Assembly: GCA_017940105.1 (NCBI GenBank)
Contig: JAGAZG010000168.1
Location: 1,136-65,135, forward strand
Direction: 5' to 3'
Length of the DNA stretch: 64,000 bases
From: Mailhella sp.
Lineage (GTDB): Bacteria > Desulfobacterota > Desulfovibrionia > Desulfovibrionales > Desulfovibrionaceae
The position numbers and the translations under genes were made by a program. The notes below the pieces were generated by a model, which was given only the letters and a program-made list of their open reading frames with translations, made no database searches and was not told the DNA's origin. How positions within the stretch are numbered: position 1 is the stretch's first letter; every line of letters begins with the position of its first letter. Below, in pieces: positions 1 to 9,145 of the stretch.

Positions 1-210
1 AAGAGGCTCCTTCCATTTTTTGGGGTCAATCCTGTTATCCTGCAAGAACTTCTCCCTCTCGTCTTCCCCCATGGTCGCAAGGAAAGCATTCAGGAGCTTG
101 TTCAATCTGTTGTGATAGATGAGGACCTGCCTCTCATACCTGTTGATGCGCCAGAACAGCAGCACAACCACAAACGCAAGACATCCAATCAATCCCATTG
201 CACCTGACAT
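1..210 (-). CDS. Hypothetical protein with N-terminal hydrophobic segment (runs off window)
   Basis: ATG at 210 after AAGGAG RBS; MSGAMGLIGCLAFVVVLLFWRINR..., open to position 1. Confidence 0.6.
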   Translation of the reverse strand, partial: MSGAMGLIGCLAFVVVLLFWRINRYERQVLIYHNRLNKLLNAFLATMGEDEREKFLQDNRIDPKKWKEPL

Positions 211-560
211 AATCAAGCTCCTTCCCTCTCACCCGGCATAGCAAGCTTCTTGTAAGCCAGCCAATGCTTGTTGAACTCAGACTGCGGATACTCTCTCAGC
301 AACCGCTTTGACAGTTTGCCGGATTTGCCCATACGCCCAGACCCGCAATCTAACCTTTTACCCTCTGTCGAGCTGTTGTGCTGGAAGGGCCTTACCCTTC
401 GTGCCGGAATGACTTCGCACCGGCTGGCGCGTCCTTTTCTCCAAGTGTTACCCTGCCCCGCAGATGCTTCCTGAAAAGTACCGAAAAGCTACTAGGAAAT
501 TTCCGCCAGTCTTCCTTTCAAGAGGCGGCAGAATCAAGCTATTGCAGAAGTGCCACGCAT

Positions 561-624
561 AAGCTGTCATCATCAGCAGGGAAGCGCTACCATCCCTGGA
601 CAGGGCCAGCGCCCTGTTTCGATT
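561..624 (-). ncRNA. Hammerhead ribozyme, type II (copy 1)
   Basis: AUC-GAAA-CAGGGC-GCUG-GCCCUG-UC^-CAGGGA-loop-UCCCUG-CUGAUGA-UGAC: full core, perfect stems I and III, short open stem II. Confidence 0.85.
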
Positions 625-912
625 TTATGCTGGCTCATAGTAATATCTGCTTCTGGGATTATCGGAATCCCAGATTTCGGTGCGGTAAAACTTAACCTGT
701 ACCAAGAGCTTCAAGCCATGCTTTTCGATTTCCACCATTTCGTACACAGGCTCTGTAATTTCTTCCCACGCATGACCATCCTCGAAGCATACCGTCTTGC
801 GAATGGTTTCGTCCTCCACGCCGCCGCTTTCGCGACCGCCACGAGTGCCATAATGCTTGTTGAAAAAGGCCGTCTTCTGGTCAAGATATTCACGCATCGT
901 CAGGGTCGTCAT
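625..912 (-). CDS. Small hypothetical phage protein
   Basis: 95-aa ORF with AAAGGAGG RBS; stop abuts hammerhead 1. Confidence 0.8.
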   Translation of the reverse strand: MTTLTMREYLDQKTAFFNKHYGTRGGRESGGVEDETIRKTVCFEDGHAWEEITEPVYEMVEIEKHGLKLLVQVKFYRTEIWDSDNPRSRYYYEPA

Positions 913-932
913 TTCCGTCGCCTCCTTTGCTA

Positions 933-1121
933 TCAGAACATTGCACGGTAGCTGTTCAGGCTGTTCTCGTACTCCTCGCTGCCGTACTCGTAAGATTCGA
1001 GCCTGTCAGCCGCTACTTGCAGATTCACTTCGTACAATGCGTTTTCCCGTTCAATCTGCTCTGCGTTCTGTCTCATTGCTTCGATTGCTGCCATCATTTC
1101 CATCAACTCGTGGTCTTTCAT
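933..1121 (-). CDS. Small acidic hypothetical protein
   Basis: 62 aa, Glu-rich, GAGGAG RBS, directly downstream of promoter repeat. Confidence 0.75.
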   Translation of the reverse strand: MKDHELMEMMAAIEAMRQNAEQIERENALYEVNLQVAADRLESYEYGSEEYENSLNSYRAMF

Positions 1122-1122
1122 C

Positions 1123-1222
1123 TCAATCGCGCTCCTCTCGTCTGGCTTGTTGTATGATTTATCTTGACTTCATCTTAACACGCTATCTGTATATTGCAAT
1201 AGTTTTTCCGAATTATTTTCAA
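1123..1222 (-). repeat. 100-bp perfect direct repeat (promoter + leader + RBS), copy 1
   Basis: Identical to 1576-1675. Confidence 0.95.
1172..1199 (-). promoter_or_regulatory. Repeated sigma-A-type promoter
   Basis: TTGCAA-16nt-TAAGAT with TG extended -10 and conserved TAGCGTGT spacer. Confidence 0.75.
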
Positions 1223-1244
1223 GAAATTTTACTAGAAGTCTTAC

Positions 1245-1308
1245 GACCTGCCATCGTCAGAGCCGGTAGGTCAGTTCCGGCTGACCAGCCTTTCGGCTGG
1301 TTTCGGCT
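1245..1308 (-). ncRNA. Hammerhead ribozyme, type II (copy 2)
   Basis: GCC-GAAA-CCAGCC-GAAA-GGCUGG-UC^-AGCCGG-AACUGACCUA-CCGGCU-CUGACGA-UGGC-AGGUC; loop I GACCU can pair with 3' AGGUC (pseudoknot). Confidence 0.92.
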
Positions 1309-1574
1309 CATTCTGCTATCGCGAAGGAAACTGTCACAGCCTGATTGGCCAGCAGGAACATCACGTTCGATACGGTCTGCTCATCGCTATGCTTTACGAT
1401 GTCGGTTGCCACACGGTAGATGTTTTCCTTCGTCGGCTCCATGAGATTTACTTCATCCAGCAGCCGGGTGTAGTCCTCGTTGCATCCGCAGGTGTAGAGG
1501 TCATTGTTTACGCATACGTTTCTGACGCTCATGGAATTCCACTTGCGAACCTCAGTAATCATCGGGCTAGTCAT
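1308..1574 (-). CDS. Small hypothetical phage protein
   Basis: 88 aa, RBS within the 100-bp repeat, stop overlaps hammerhead 2. Confidence 0.8.
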   Translation of the reverse strand: MTSPMITEVRKWNSMSVRNVCVNNDLYTCGCNEDYTRLLDEVNLMEPTKENIYRVATDIVKHSDEQTVSNVMFLLANQAVTVSFAIAE

Positions 1575-1575
1575 G

Positions 1576-1675
1576 TCAATCGCGCTCCTCTCGTCTGGCT
1601 TGTTGTATGATTTATCTTGACTTCATCTTAACACGCTATCTGTATATTGCAATAGTTTTTCCGAATTATTTTCAA
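1576..1675 (-). repeat. 100-bp perfect direct repeat, copy 2 (promoter at 1625-1652)
   Basis: Identical to 1123-1222. Confidence 0.95.
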
Positions 1676-1705
1676 AAAATTTCACTAGGAGTGCTGGCAA
1701 GAGGT

Positions 1706-1908
1706 AAATGTCCACGGGCTGAAATTTTGAGAGCCTGTGGGGGCTACTGGTGCGCGTCTGGTTGTTTTTATGACTGTGGCCTAAAGGAGATTATTCAAAA
1801 ATTATTTACACGCCGTAGAAGCGATATTCTCTGAGCCTTTGTGGTTATTATCATTGCGTGCTTCGGAAAAAACTGCGCTATCATCAGCGTTCACCGGGAA
1901 AGCACACA
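1706..1908 (-). repeat. ~200-bp dispersed non-coding element, copy A
   Basis: Shares blocks AATGTCCACGGGC, CCTAAAG, CGATATTCTCTGAGCCTTTGTG, GTTCACCGGGAAAGCACAC with 22826-23027 (inverted) and 28876-29078. Confidence 0.9.
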
Positions 1909-1909
1909 G

Positions 1910-2287
1910 CTAAACTTTGCATACCGTTTCTTTCCCGCATAACAGGCACTTTTCTATCCTGTTCAGACCGAGCGATGCTTTCAAAGCCACATCAATGGCT
2001 TTCATCTCAGCCTCACTGCATTTTCCACAAAACCGTCCCAAACGTCTGCAATCCACAGTATGAATCTGCTCACATATCGCTGTGCTTGGCAGCCCCGTTG
2101 CATAAATTGGAACGTGCGTGATCATCTCACGTTTCGGCTGCGTCGTAAGATACACCATCACTACCGTGCTGTTATGCCGGTTCAAATCGCCAGATACAAT
2201 AATGCCCGGTCTACCAGACCATTGCTCTGAACCAAACGTCTTAAACTTTTCCACGAAATAAATCTCGCCTCTCGAATAACTCATCAT
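1910..2287 (-). CDS. PemK/MazF-family protein
   Basis: RGEIYFV...GSEQ..GRPGIIVS...TAICEQIHTVD..RL motif pattern. Confidence 0.8.
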   Translation of the reverse strand: MMSYSRGEIYFVEKFKTFGSEQWSGRPGIIVSGDLNRHNSTVVMVYLTTQPKREMITHVPIYATGLPSTAICEQIHTVDCRRLGRFCGKCSEAEMKAIDVALKASLGLNRIEKCLLCGKETVCKV

Positions 2288-2784
2288 TTCACCCCCTGTG
2301 CCCACCGCAAAAACGGTGGGATTTTTCTTTTCATTTTTCGGTTGAGCCTGAGCAGAACTTGCGGCAAGGATAGGAACAGTTCCTCGCTGGCTGCTTTCGC
2401 ACTTTTGAAACTGTCTATGACCTTGCCACTTTCATCAATCTGCTCAACAGGTCTTGCTCGTGTTCCGCTTTTACCAATATCTCGGTACACATCACGCATG
2501 GTGCGTATTTCCAAATTGTTCACCCAGTTATCCAGCTTGTCGCCATTCTTGTGAAAATAGCATTCGCCTTTTTTGAGCGGACGCAGGAATGTTCTACCTA
2601 CGAGCGTTTGTACCCGATACTGCCGAGCTTTTCCACCAACACTCAGCGTGACAACTTTATAACCATCGGCAACCCTTTGCTTCATCGACTTTTCCTTGCC
2701 TACACGCTTTATGTCGCCAAGCCTGTTGACCTCATACGTCCCCTCGAAGCCTTTCAATGGGACATACTCATACACGGAAATCAT
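2284..2784 (-). CDS. NUMOD4/HNH homing endonuclease-like protein
   Basis: GFEGTYEVNRLG (NUMOD4), HKNGDKLDNWVNNLE (HNH), C-terminal NUMOD1-like segment. Confidence 0.8.
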   Translation of the reverse strand: MISVYEYVPLKGFEGTYEVNRLGDIKRVGKEKSMKQRVADGYKVVTLSVGGKARQYRVQTLVGRTFLRPLKKGECYFHKNGDKLDNWVNNLEIRTMRDVYRDIGKSGTRARPVEQIDESGKVIDSFKSAKAASEELFLSLPQVLLRLNRKMKRKIPPFLRWAQGVK

Positions 2785-3347
2785 CAGCTTTTCCTGCTAT
2801 AACGACAGCTATCAGACCGCGTATCATAATCGCAGCCTTTGCTGTTTTCCGCATGACGGCATTCATCGCAAAGCATAAGACGATTGCCGCATACCGGACA
2901 AAACGCTTTGAAGCCATCGGTATCAGTATTCCACCGCATTTCAATCTCACTCTGGCAATGCGGGCAGCATTCTGTTACCGTATACGTTCTGCCGTTACCA
3001 ATTTCAGCTTTTTTCGTCAGCCACCGCCACCAGCATGAATCGCAAGCGCCGGTTGTGCATTTATCAGAATCACGGTCAGGCGGACATTCACAACGCTCCA
3101 CGAAAAATTCTGCGAGTTCGCGATTATCCATCCGGCGAATCGTATCGGCATTTATCATGCCTATCGGCTCTGCCGTAACATCCGTGATTTCCTCATCGAA
3201 ATAATCGACTGCTTTGCCGGATGCAATCGTCTTCGCTTCCTCATCAGACTTTGCTTCGACTTCCACTTGCCCATAACTCAATTTGCTGAAACGCACCATG
3301 TACCTCATGCCCGTCACACTTCCTTTTCTTTCTTGCATTTGCGACAA
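2784..3347 (-). CDS. Hypothetical Cys-rich (zinc-ribbon) protein
   Basis: CPHC, CPVC, CDEC motifs; start probably downstream of 3347. Confidence 0.65.
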   Translation of the reverse strand: MSQMQERKGSVTGMRYMVRFSKLSYGQVEVEAKSDEEAKTIASGKAVDYFDEEITDVTAEPIGMINADTIRRMDNRELAEFFVERCECPPDRDSDKCTTGACDSCWWRWLTKKAEIGNGRTYTVTECCPHCQSEIEMRWNTDTDGFKAFCPVCGNRLMLCDECRHAENSKGCDYDTRSDSCRYSRKS

Positions 3348-3586
3348 ACATACCGTTCAATGCACTGCTCGTCACCGTGGCCTGTACCACCAACCATTTT
3401 CTGACCAACTTTCACCCAATCGTGCTGTTCGCAAGGGCAAAGAATTTCTTCAAGCTCGTGGATGCGATTTGCAAGCCGAATTTCTTTTTGCCAAGCACCG
3501 ACGCCGAAATGGATTTTCAAGCTGCTGAACAAAACCAGCAGCAAAATAAATGTCATCCACGGATGCTCCAAGCACCACTCCGTCAT
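3314..3586 (-). CDS. Hypothetical membrane protein
   Basis: N-terminal hydrophobic helix, GGAGG RBS. Confidence 0.6.
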   Translation of the reverse strand: MTEWCLEHPWMTFILLLVLFSSLKIHFGVGAWQKEIRLANRIHELEEILCPCEQHDWVKVGQKMVGGTGHGDEQCIERYVCRKCKKEKEV

Positions 3587-3598
3587 ACCATTCCCTCC

Positions 3599-4012
3599 TT
3601 ACCACGTCCGGCGAAGTCCTGCGGCGGGCGTTGGCGCAATACCAATACTGCCCATCTCGGAGCAGTCCGGCATATTATGGTTATACACCCAGGCCAACGT
3701 CTGCTTGTCTTTAATGTCACGTCTGTCCAAATCCCATTCTTCCGGATAGTCACTTACGAACAGGAACGAATCCATCTGCCCGATGTCCGTATAACTGCGA
3801 ATCGCGGTATAAACGAGAGCGTTATTCTCCTGCTCGAATTCAGCCACACGCTTCTTATCTTCATCACTCAACCAAAAATGTGCACCAAATGGCGGCTCGC
3901 TGATATTCACCAAACCATCCTGCTCAAATTGCCTGATTACTTCCGGGAACAGCTTCAGCATTTTCATCCGCTTGATGGCTTCGGCCTTCTTTTCTTCCAT
4001 GCTGACTTTCAT
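3599..4012 (-). CDS. Hypothetical phage protein
   Basis: 137 aa, RBS, translationally coupled to neighbour. Confidence 0.75.
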   Translation of the reverse strand: MKVSMEEKKAEAIKRMKMLKLFPEVIRQFEQDGLVNISEPPFGAHFWLSDEDKKRVAEFEQENNALVYTAIRSYTDIGQMDSFLFVSDYPEEWDLDRRDIKDKQTLAWVYNHNMPDCSEMGSIGIAPTPAAGLRRTW

Positions 4013-4314
4013 TTTGCATCCTCCTTCAATTCATCCAATTTGCCCGACAAAACCAGCAGGGTCGCCTCAGCAATAATCGTGAACTTCACACGCTCCAAAT
4101 TCTCGGCAACGCTCAGGTCACGTTCGCAATACTTTTTGTCGGAACCGGGGCGTTTCTGCCCTGCTGTCTTCTGCGTCACCATCCTGCAAAGGTCTGCCAC
4201 TGCCAACTTCAACGCCGTAATGTTCGGCTTGACAGCAGAGCCGGGTTGCAGGAATGCCCATGTCGTCAATTCCGTAAACCCCTTCATGCCAGGTTCCTGC
4301 TCCATCGCAATCAT
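4009..4314 (-). CDS. Hypothetical protein
   Basis: ATGA overlaps on both sides, AAGGAGG RBS. Confidence 0.65.
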   Translation of the reverse strand: MIAMEQEPGMKGFTELTTWAFLQPGSAVKPNITALKLAVADLCRMVTQKTAGQKRPGSDKKYCERDLSVAENLERVKFTIIAEATLLVLSGKLDELKEDAK

Positions 4315-4496
4315 TTCGGCAGACCTCCTTTCGGCAATCTTCTCGGCTCATACTTCTTTGCCTCATGACCGATTTTCTGGTACAGGCGAGCCATCGCCAA
4401 CATCGGCGTGTCCTCACAAACCTCAAACTTCCAGCCATCTTTCCAAATGCCGTACTTGGCATTCGGCTCGCCGTGATAATAAATGCTCTGCTTCAT
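4311..4496 (-). CDS. Hypothetical protein
   Basis: 61 aa, GGAGG RBS. Confidence 0.6.
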   Translation of the reverse strand: MKQSIYYHGEPNAKYGIWKDGWKFEVCEDTPMLAMARLYQKIGHEAKKYEPRRLPKGGLPK

Positions 4497-4505
4497 GCCG
4501 CCCTC

Positions 4506-4931
4506 CTACACCAAATACACGCACATGAAATCGTCGAAACTATCGCTATCATGCCAACAGGCTTTATCCGGCATAATCTCGGCTTTCTTGACGATGTTCC
4601 ACAACTCTGCCAAATCCATATCGTAATCCAGCGTATCGACATCAAGGTTGTGATGAAAGCAGTACGCAGTCCACAGGCATTGGAGCTGATCGCAGCAGGT
4701 CTTTGCCTCAAAATCGCATTCACGAATAAACGACTTGATGTACTCCAACTCTGCAATCTTCTCGCCCTGCCGATTGTTCCACAGCTTCACAGCCTCTTTC
4801 TCGTCCCCATAGAACCGCATCTGCCCGCCGCAATACGGACAAGCTACCAGCCCGACATTATCCTCTGTCAACTTCACCATCGGTTTCACGCCACAAAACG
4901 GACACCGCTTCAAACTAACCTGTTCACCCAT
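4506..4931 (-). CDS. Lar-family restriction-alleviation-like zinc-finger protein
   Basis: LKRCPFCG...VACPYCG...AVKLWNNR. Confidence 0.7.
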   Translation of the reverse strand: MGEQVSLKRCPFCGVKPMVKLTEDNVGLVACPYCGGQMRFYGDEKEAVKLWNNRQGEKIAELEYIKSFIRECDFEAKTCCDQLQCLWTAYCFHHNLDVDTLDYDMDLAELWNIVKKAEIMPDKACWHDSDSFDDFMCVYLV

Positions 4932-5544
4932 CAATCTTTCCTCCCATCTTGTAACGCTTGTGCCTCTTATCTCCCGTGCCTTTCTTGTACTCAGCAATCC
5001 AGACCGTCTTGCCGGAACGATACTTGCGATAATGCCCACGCACCGTAAAGACCCCTCTCGGACTGGTATGGTGGCCGCCCTGGGCGCCTCTGGTTGCTGC
5101 CTTTCGCTGCCGCAGGATGTAGGTTGTCTGCTTCTTGGTTGGACTGCCTCCACGGGGCTTGTGGCGCGTCTTCATGGCAAACGGCTCGTCCTGCTTGACC
5201 AACTCCGGCTTTTCGTAAACCATGAACGCCATCAACGTGAAGTAGCCTGACAAGATAGATGCTCGGTCATCCCTCGACAAAATCGTCGTGCATTTACGCA
5301 ACAGCAGATGCTGGGCCTCAAAGTCAATCTCAAACTCCATCTTGCCCAGGCTCTCGTTGCCACTGTACACATAGAGCTTCAGCCACTTGCCATCGCGGAT
5401 GCCCTTTATCCGTATCGCATTATGTGTAAGCACTATCTCAACTGCTTTCAGCGGGCATGGAAACTGGCGAACCTGCTCCTTGTGCTCTTGCAGCCATACG
5501 AACAGCATCTTCACGTCGTCCTGCGTCATCAGCACCCTGTCCAT
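4924..5544 (-). CDS. Hypothetical phage protein
   Basis: 206 aa, C-terminal VRGHYRKYRSGKTVWI motif common in phage proteins. Confidence 0.7.
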   Translation of the reverse strand: MDRVLMTQDDVKMLFVWLQEHKEQVRQFPCPLKAVEIVLTHNAIRIKGIRDGKWLKLYVYSGNESLGKMEFEIDFEAQHLLLRKCTTILSRDDRASILSGYFTLMAFMVYEKPELVKQDEPFAMKTRHKPRGGSPTKKQTTYILRQRKAATRGAQGGHHTSPRGVFTVRGHYRKYRSGKTVWIAEYKKGTGDKRHKRYKMGGKIDG

Positions 5545-5666
5545 CGTCTGCCCTCCTCACAGCAATCCACGAATTCTATGGCAGTCATTCGAGATTGCTA
5601 CGCCAACGGAAAAGCTGGCTACCAGCAACACCACGAAAAATATCAGGACTGCCCACTCCTTCTTAC

Positions 5667-5912
5667 TCATGCGTCCCCGGCCTCCTTCCCGTAATACTTG
5701 CTGGTCTTCGGGACAGGCACGGACGGCCAGGTATACCCCGCTTTTCGATTTTCCAGCGCACGTCTACGGTTAGCTGCCTGAACCTCTGCCTTGTCTTTCT
5801 CATATCTGTCGAGCAGTTCCCGAAGACCAGCGGACAGGTCATGCCGCCCGCTGGTTTCGAGGAACGCCCAGATGTTCTTCAGCAGAAGTCCATCTGCGTT
5901 CTTCAGTCTCAC
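5667..5912 (-). CDS. Hypothetical protein
   Basis: 81 aa, coupled to upstream gene. Confidence 0.55.
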   Translation of the reverse strand: MRLKNADGLLLKNIWAFLETSGRHDLSAGLRELLDRYEKDKAEVQAANRRRALENRKAGYTWPSVPVPKTSKYYGKEAGDA

Positions 5913-6436
5913 GATGCTTTCACCTCCGTTTCCGGGTCATGCCACTTCAGGCCACGAGCCTTGTAGAGCGGAATCCAATGAGCCTCATAAAAATCGTAGC
6001 CAGCGCCATCAATACCGAAGAAACAACCGAACTCCTCGCTCTCAAAAATTCTGAACCCGCATTCGGACATGGCCTCAAGCCCATCTTCCTCCTCAAGCCA
6101 ATGCGTATCGAGCGAATCACTGAACGACCACATCGTTCCCCACATCGGAAGGCGTTCATCAAACTCAATCTCGAAGTCGCCCTTCTTGACCCAGACTTCT
6201 TTGCCGCTGTCCAGCTTGACACGGAACTTGTCTTTGCTCTTGCCCTGCTTGATGACCTCACCGCTGTTCTGCTCGTCATAGACGTACACCCGGTTTCCTG
6301 CGACCGGCAGCGTGATCTCATTCCAGTCATCCGGCTCGGCATCCATCAGTTTCTTAATCATGCCCTGCTGGATTGCATCAAACTCGCGCACCCACTGATG
6401 GGCAGCATCTTTTATCGTCATGCCCTTCTCAATCAT
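5909..6436 (-). CDS. Hypothetical phage protein
   Basis: 175 aa, acidic, ends GIDGAGYDFYEAHWIPLY. Confidence 0.75.
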   Translation of the reverse strand: MIEKGMTIKDAAHQWVREFDAIQQGMIKKLMDAEPDDWNEITLPVAGNRVYVYDEQNSGEVIKQGKSKDKFRVKLDSGKEVWVKKGDFEIEFDERLPMWGTMWSFSDSLDTHWLEEEDGLEAMSECGFRIFESEEFGCFFGIDGAGYDFYEAHWIPLYKARGLKWHDPETEVKAS

Positions 6437-7410
6437 TTCAAGTCACCCCATCCATCCGTATACTGCGGCATGATGTCGCTCTGGTACATTTCCTCAATCA
6501 CTGCGTCACCGTACATCTTGCGGTATTCCTCAAGGTCGCCCATCTCGTAGTAATCCAGCAGCTCGTCATACATCGCCTTGTACTTCACGGGCAAGTCCTT
6601 CGGGATGTTCGTATGCAGGGTCACAACGCCATCATCGTCATCTTTATCATGTTTCCACCAGTTACTCGGACTTGCATACGGGAACGCCCTTCTGACCAGC
6701 TCCACCTTCTTCTCAATGTATTCGTACTTCGGGAAATCAGGCTTCGCAGCTTCAGCCACGATTTCATTCACTTTCGCAATCACCGCATCAATATGCTGGC
6801 GATTGATGTACTCATGCTGCGTGTGGGCGTTGTAATAGCCGGACGAAAGGTTCACAGCCGCCACGCCCAAATCTGGCGCTATGTACGAAATATCGCTGAA
6901 CGACCCGCTGGCCGTCTTGAATCCTTTGCTCGTGATATAATCCTCGAACTCCTTGTTGTCACAACTGTAATACACCGCATCTTCGCTGCCCCTGCGGTCA
7001 ATCTCGATTATCAGCTTCAGGTCAGCCAGCTCTTTCGGCAACTTTCCGTCTTCATACTTGCGGCAGAAGTTATCTGCCCCCCTGCCTCCGATTTCTTCAT
7101 CGCAGGTGAATAAGAGCCACGGCTTCTTCTCTGCCGCCTCATACGCATTGACCAGCGCATATACCCCGCAGCGGTCATCACCGCCGATGCCCTGGGGAGA
7201 CATCAGGATGTTACCATCCTGCGTCGTGCAGATATGCTTTACCCGCTCGTTATGCACGGTGTCCATGTGCGCCACCAGCATGACCGGCGCTTCGCCATAG
7301 ACAAGCACAAAACTCTTTTTGCAGCAAATCGTGCGGCCTTTATACATCTTGCGAACCAGCGCATACAGTTCCTTCTGGGTCGGTGTCAAGAACTTCTCCA
7401 ACGAAATCAT
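6433..7410 (-). CDS. M20/M28-family zinc peptidase-like protein
   Basis: LVAHMDTVH, GGDDRCG, FTCDEEIG, EIDRRG, YYNAHT metal-ligand motifs. Confidence 0.85.
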   Translation of the reverse strand: MISLEKFLTPTQKELYALVRKMYKGRTICCKKSFVLVYGEAPVMLVAHMDTVHNERVKHICTTQDGNILMSPQGIGGDDRCGVYALVNAYEAAEKKPWLLFTCDEEIGGRGADNFCRKYEDGKLPKELADLKLIIEIDRRGSEDAVYYSCDNKEFEDYITSKGFKTASGSFSDISYIAPDLGVAAVNLSSGYYNAHTQHEYINRQHIDAVIAKVNEIVAEAAKPDFPKYEYIEKKVELVRRAFPYASPSNWWKHDKDDDDGVVTLHTNIPKDLPVKYKAMYDELLDYYEMGDLEEYRKMYGDAVIEEMYQSDIMPQYTDGWGDLK

Positions 7411-9086
7411 ACAGCCTCAGCCTCCTCTTTTTCCTCGATGCAATCCGGGCAAAAGCCATCCCGCAAATCATCATCGTGATACCAGTCGCCGCATTCATCG
7501 CACTCAGCGTAACTGCTGATGCAGTCCGGGCAAACCGATACTTCAACACCTTCACGGTGAGCATCCGTGACATGATTGCTGCGGACGTACCGACCACAAT
7601 CATCGCACTCAACGTAATGGTAATCACGGCAGCCGTTGCAGATATGAACCTCACAACCGTTCGCATCTACTGCTACGCTCATATCATCCTGGTGAAACCA
7701 CTCGCCGCACTCATCGCAAATCCGATAATGCCTGTCACGGCAATCATTGCATACATACTCGCCATTAGCTAACTGCGTAACGGCATCACGGTGGTAATAC
7801 TCCTCACAGTCTTCGCAATACTCGTAATACTCGTCCCGGCAATCGCGGCAAACCTGCATTTCACGACCTGAGCTGCTATACACGGTGTAGAGGTCATCTT
7901 CGCTGTAACGGTCGCCGCATTCCGCACATTCTGCACGTCCATCATCGTTGCAATCCTCGCAGTAAAGACCAGCACTGGTTTCCTGTCCGCAAGAGATGCA
8001 CAGCCCCCACGTTCCGATGTTGAACACCCTGTAATCAAGCTCATGGTCATGGCGGAGGCTGACCATCGCTGCGAAGTTGCTGTACGTCCAGTCAGGATAG
8101 CCGCCGAAGCCATCTCCCGTACGGAAGTTGATGCCCCTATCGTTGTTGTAATACTTAAACGTCTTCCACAGGTTCGGCATACCCTCGCATTCGGAGATTT
8201 CCCGCTGTATCAGGTCGCGATAGAGCTTCGATTCAGTCTGCGCCCCCTCCGTGCCACCGCTCGTGTTATACATCCGGCTCTGCAACAGCAATCCGTTACC
8301 GGGGCGGTACATATAGAGCTGGCGCGTTGTCTTGCGATTATTGAGCGTTTCCGGCTCATTCGGGTCTGACACGGTAAATGCAATCATCGTACAGTTATCC
8401 CGTGCGTACCCAGAACAACCGTTGTTGTACTGGTACTCGTCACTGTTGAACGAATGGCAGCTTGTCATCGTGTTCCCACGCTTATCCTGCTTCGGATTCG
8501 ACATGGTTACGAAATGCGCCGGGTTCAAGCTGACGTACAACTTGAACGAAATCTTTTTGGCTGACAGCTCATCTGCCAACTGCGCATAGAGATGCTGAAA
8601 CCTGCTTCCAGCAGTCTCATCAGCGATGCCCAACGCCTGACACATCGCCTTGAAAATGCGGCTCTTTTTCTTGCCAGGAGCGTATGCTTTCGGAGCCAAC
8701 CTGCCAATAGCAGCTATTGCCTCGGAATGGTCGCCACCGTACTGAGTGAACAGCTTAATAGCGGCTTTGAGGTCGTCGCTATCGCAGCGTCCATCAAAAG
8801 CGGGATCTAAAATCTCATACGCCAGGTCATACACTATGTCGTAATTCGGGTCATGCGTCCGCGTTCCGTTGATGACCAACGCATCCAATGCCTCATCCCA
8901 TGCCGGAGACTTGCGGAACATTTCACGAAGCTCCTGCTTGGCCTTCACACTGTCTTCTGCCAGCCTGTCCACGAACGAATCGGTCACATCGTCAAGAACA
9001 TCGGTCAAATTGCTGTGCCGACCATAGTCCCCGATGGCTTGCCAGATGTCCTTGCGAGCCTTCTCAATTTTTTCCTGCATTTCCAT
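7407..9086 (-). CDS. Large protein with C-terminal tandem CxxC zinc-ribbon repeats
   Basis: GGAGG RBS before MEMQEK at 9086; about 12 CxxC pairs in the last 200 aa. Confidence 0.8.
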   Translation of the reverse strand: MEMQEKIEKARKDIWQAIGDYGRHSNLTDVLDDVTDSFVDRLAEDSVKAKQELREMFRKSPAWDEALDALVINGTRTHDPNYDIVYDLAYEILDPAFDGRCDSDDLKAAIKLFTQYGGDHSEAIAAIGRLAPKAYAPGKKKSRIFKAMCQALGIADETAGSRFQHLYAQLADELSAKKISFKLYVSLNPAHFVTMSNPKQDKRGNTMTSCHSFNSDEYQYNNGCSGYARDNCTMIAFTVSDPNEPETLNNRKTTRQLYMYRPGNGLLLQSRMYNTSGGTEGAQTESKLYRDLIQREISECEGMPNLWKTFKYYNNDRGINFRTGDGFGGYPDWTYSNFAAMVSLRHDHELDYRVFNIGTWGLCISCGQETSAGLYCEDCNDDGRAECAECGDRYSEDDLYTVYSSSGREMQVCRDCRDEYYEYCEDCEEYYHRDAVTQLANGEYVCNDCRDRHYRICDECGEWFHQDDMSVAVDANGCEVHICNGCRDYHYVECDDCGRYVRSNHVTDAHREGVEVSVCPDCISSYAECDECGDWYHDDDLRDGFCPDCIEEKEEAEAV

Positions 9087-9109
9087 TTTCTGTCCTCCTA
9101 GTCGTTTGT

Positions 9110-9145
9110 GCAAATCCAGCAAACCGTTGAGATGGTTGGAAACGC
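9110..9145. other. Putative recombination site, left inversion junction
   Basis: Core AACCGTTGAGAT (9122-9133) is the exact reverse complement of 25863-25874 and lies at the strand switch. Confidence 0.7.

Noticed and set aside
365-460. Twister or twister-sister ribozyme
   Set aside because: UAACAC and GCCGGUGC resemble parts of the consensus, but the required 3' elements and pseudoknots could not be built
3377-4528. 383-aa plus-strand ORF
   Set aside because: Antisense shadow of several RBS-bearing, coupled minus-strand genes
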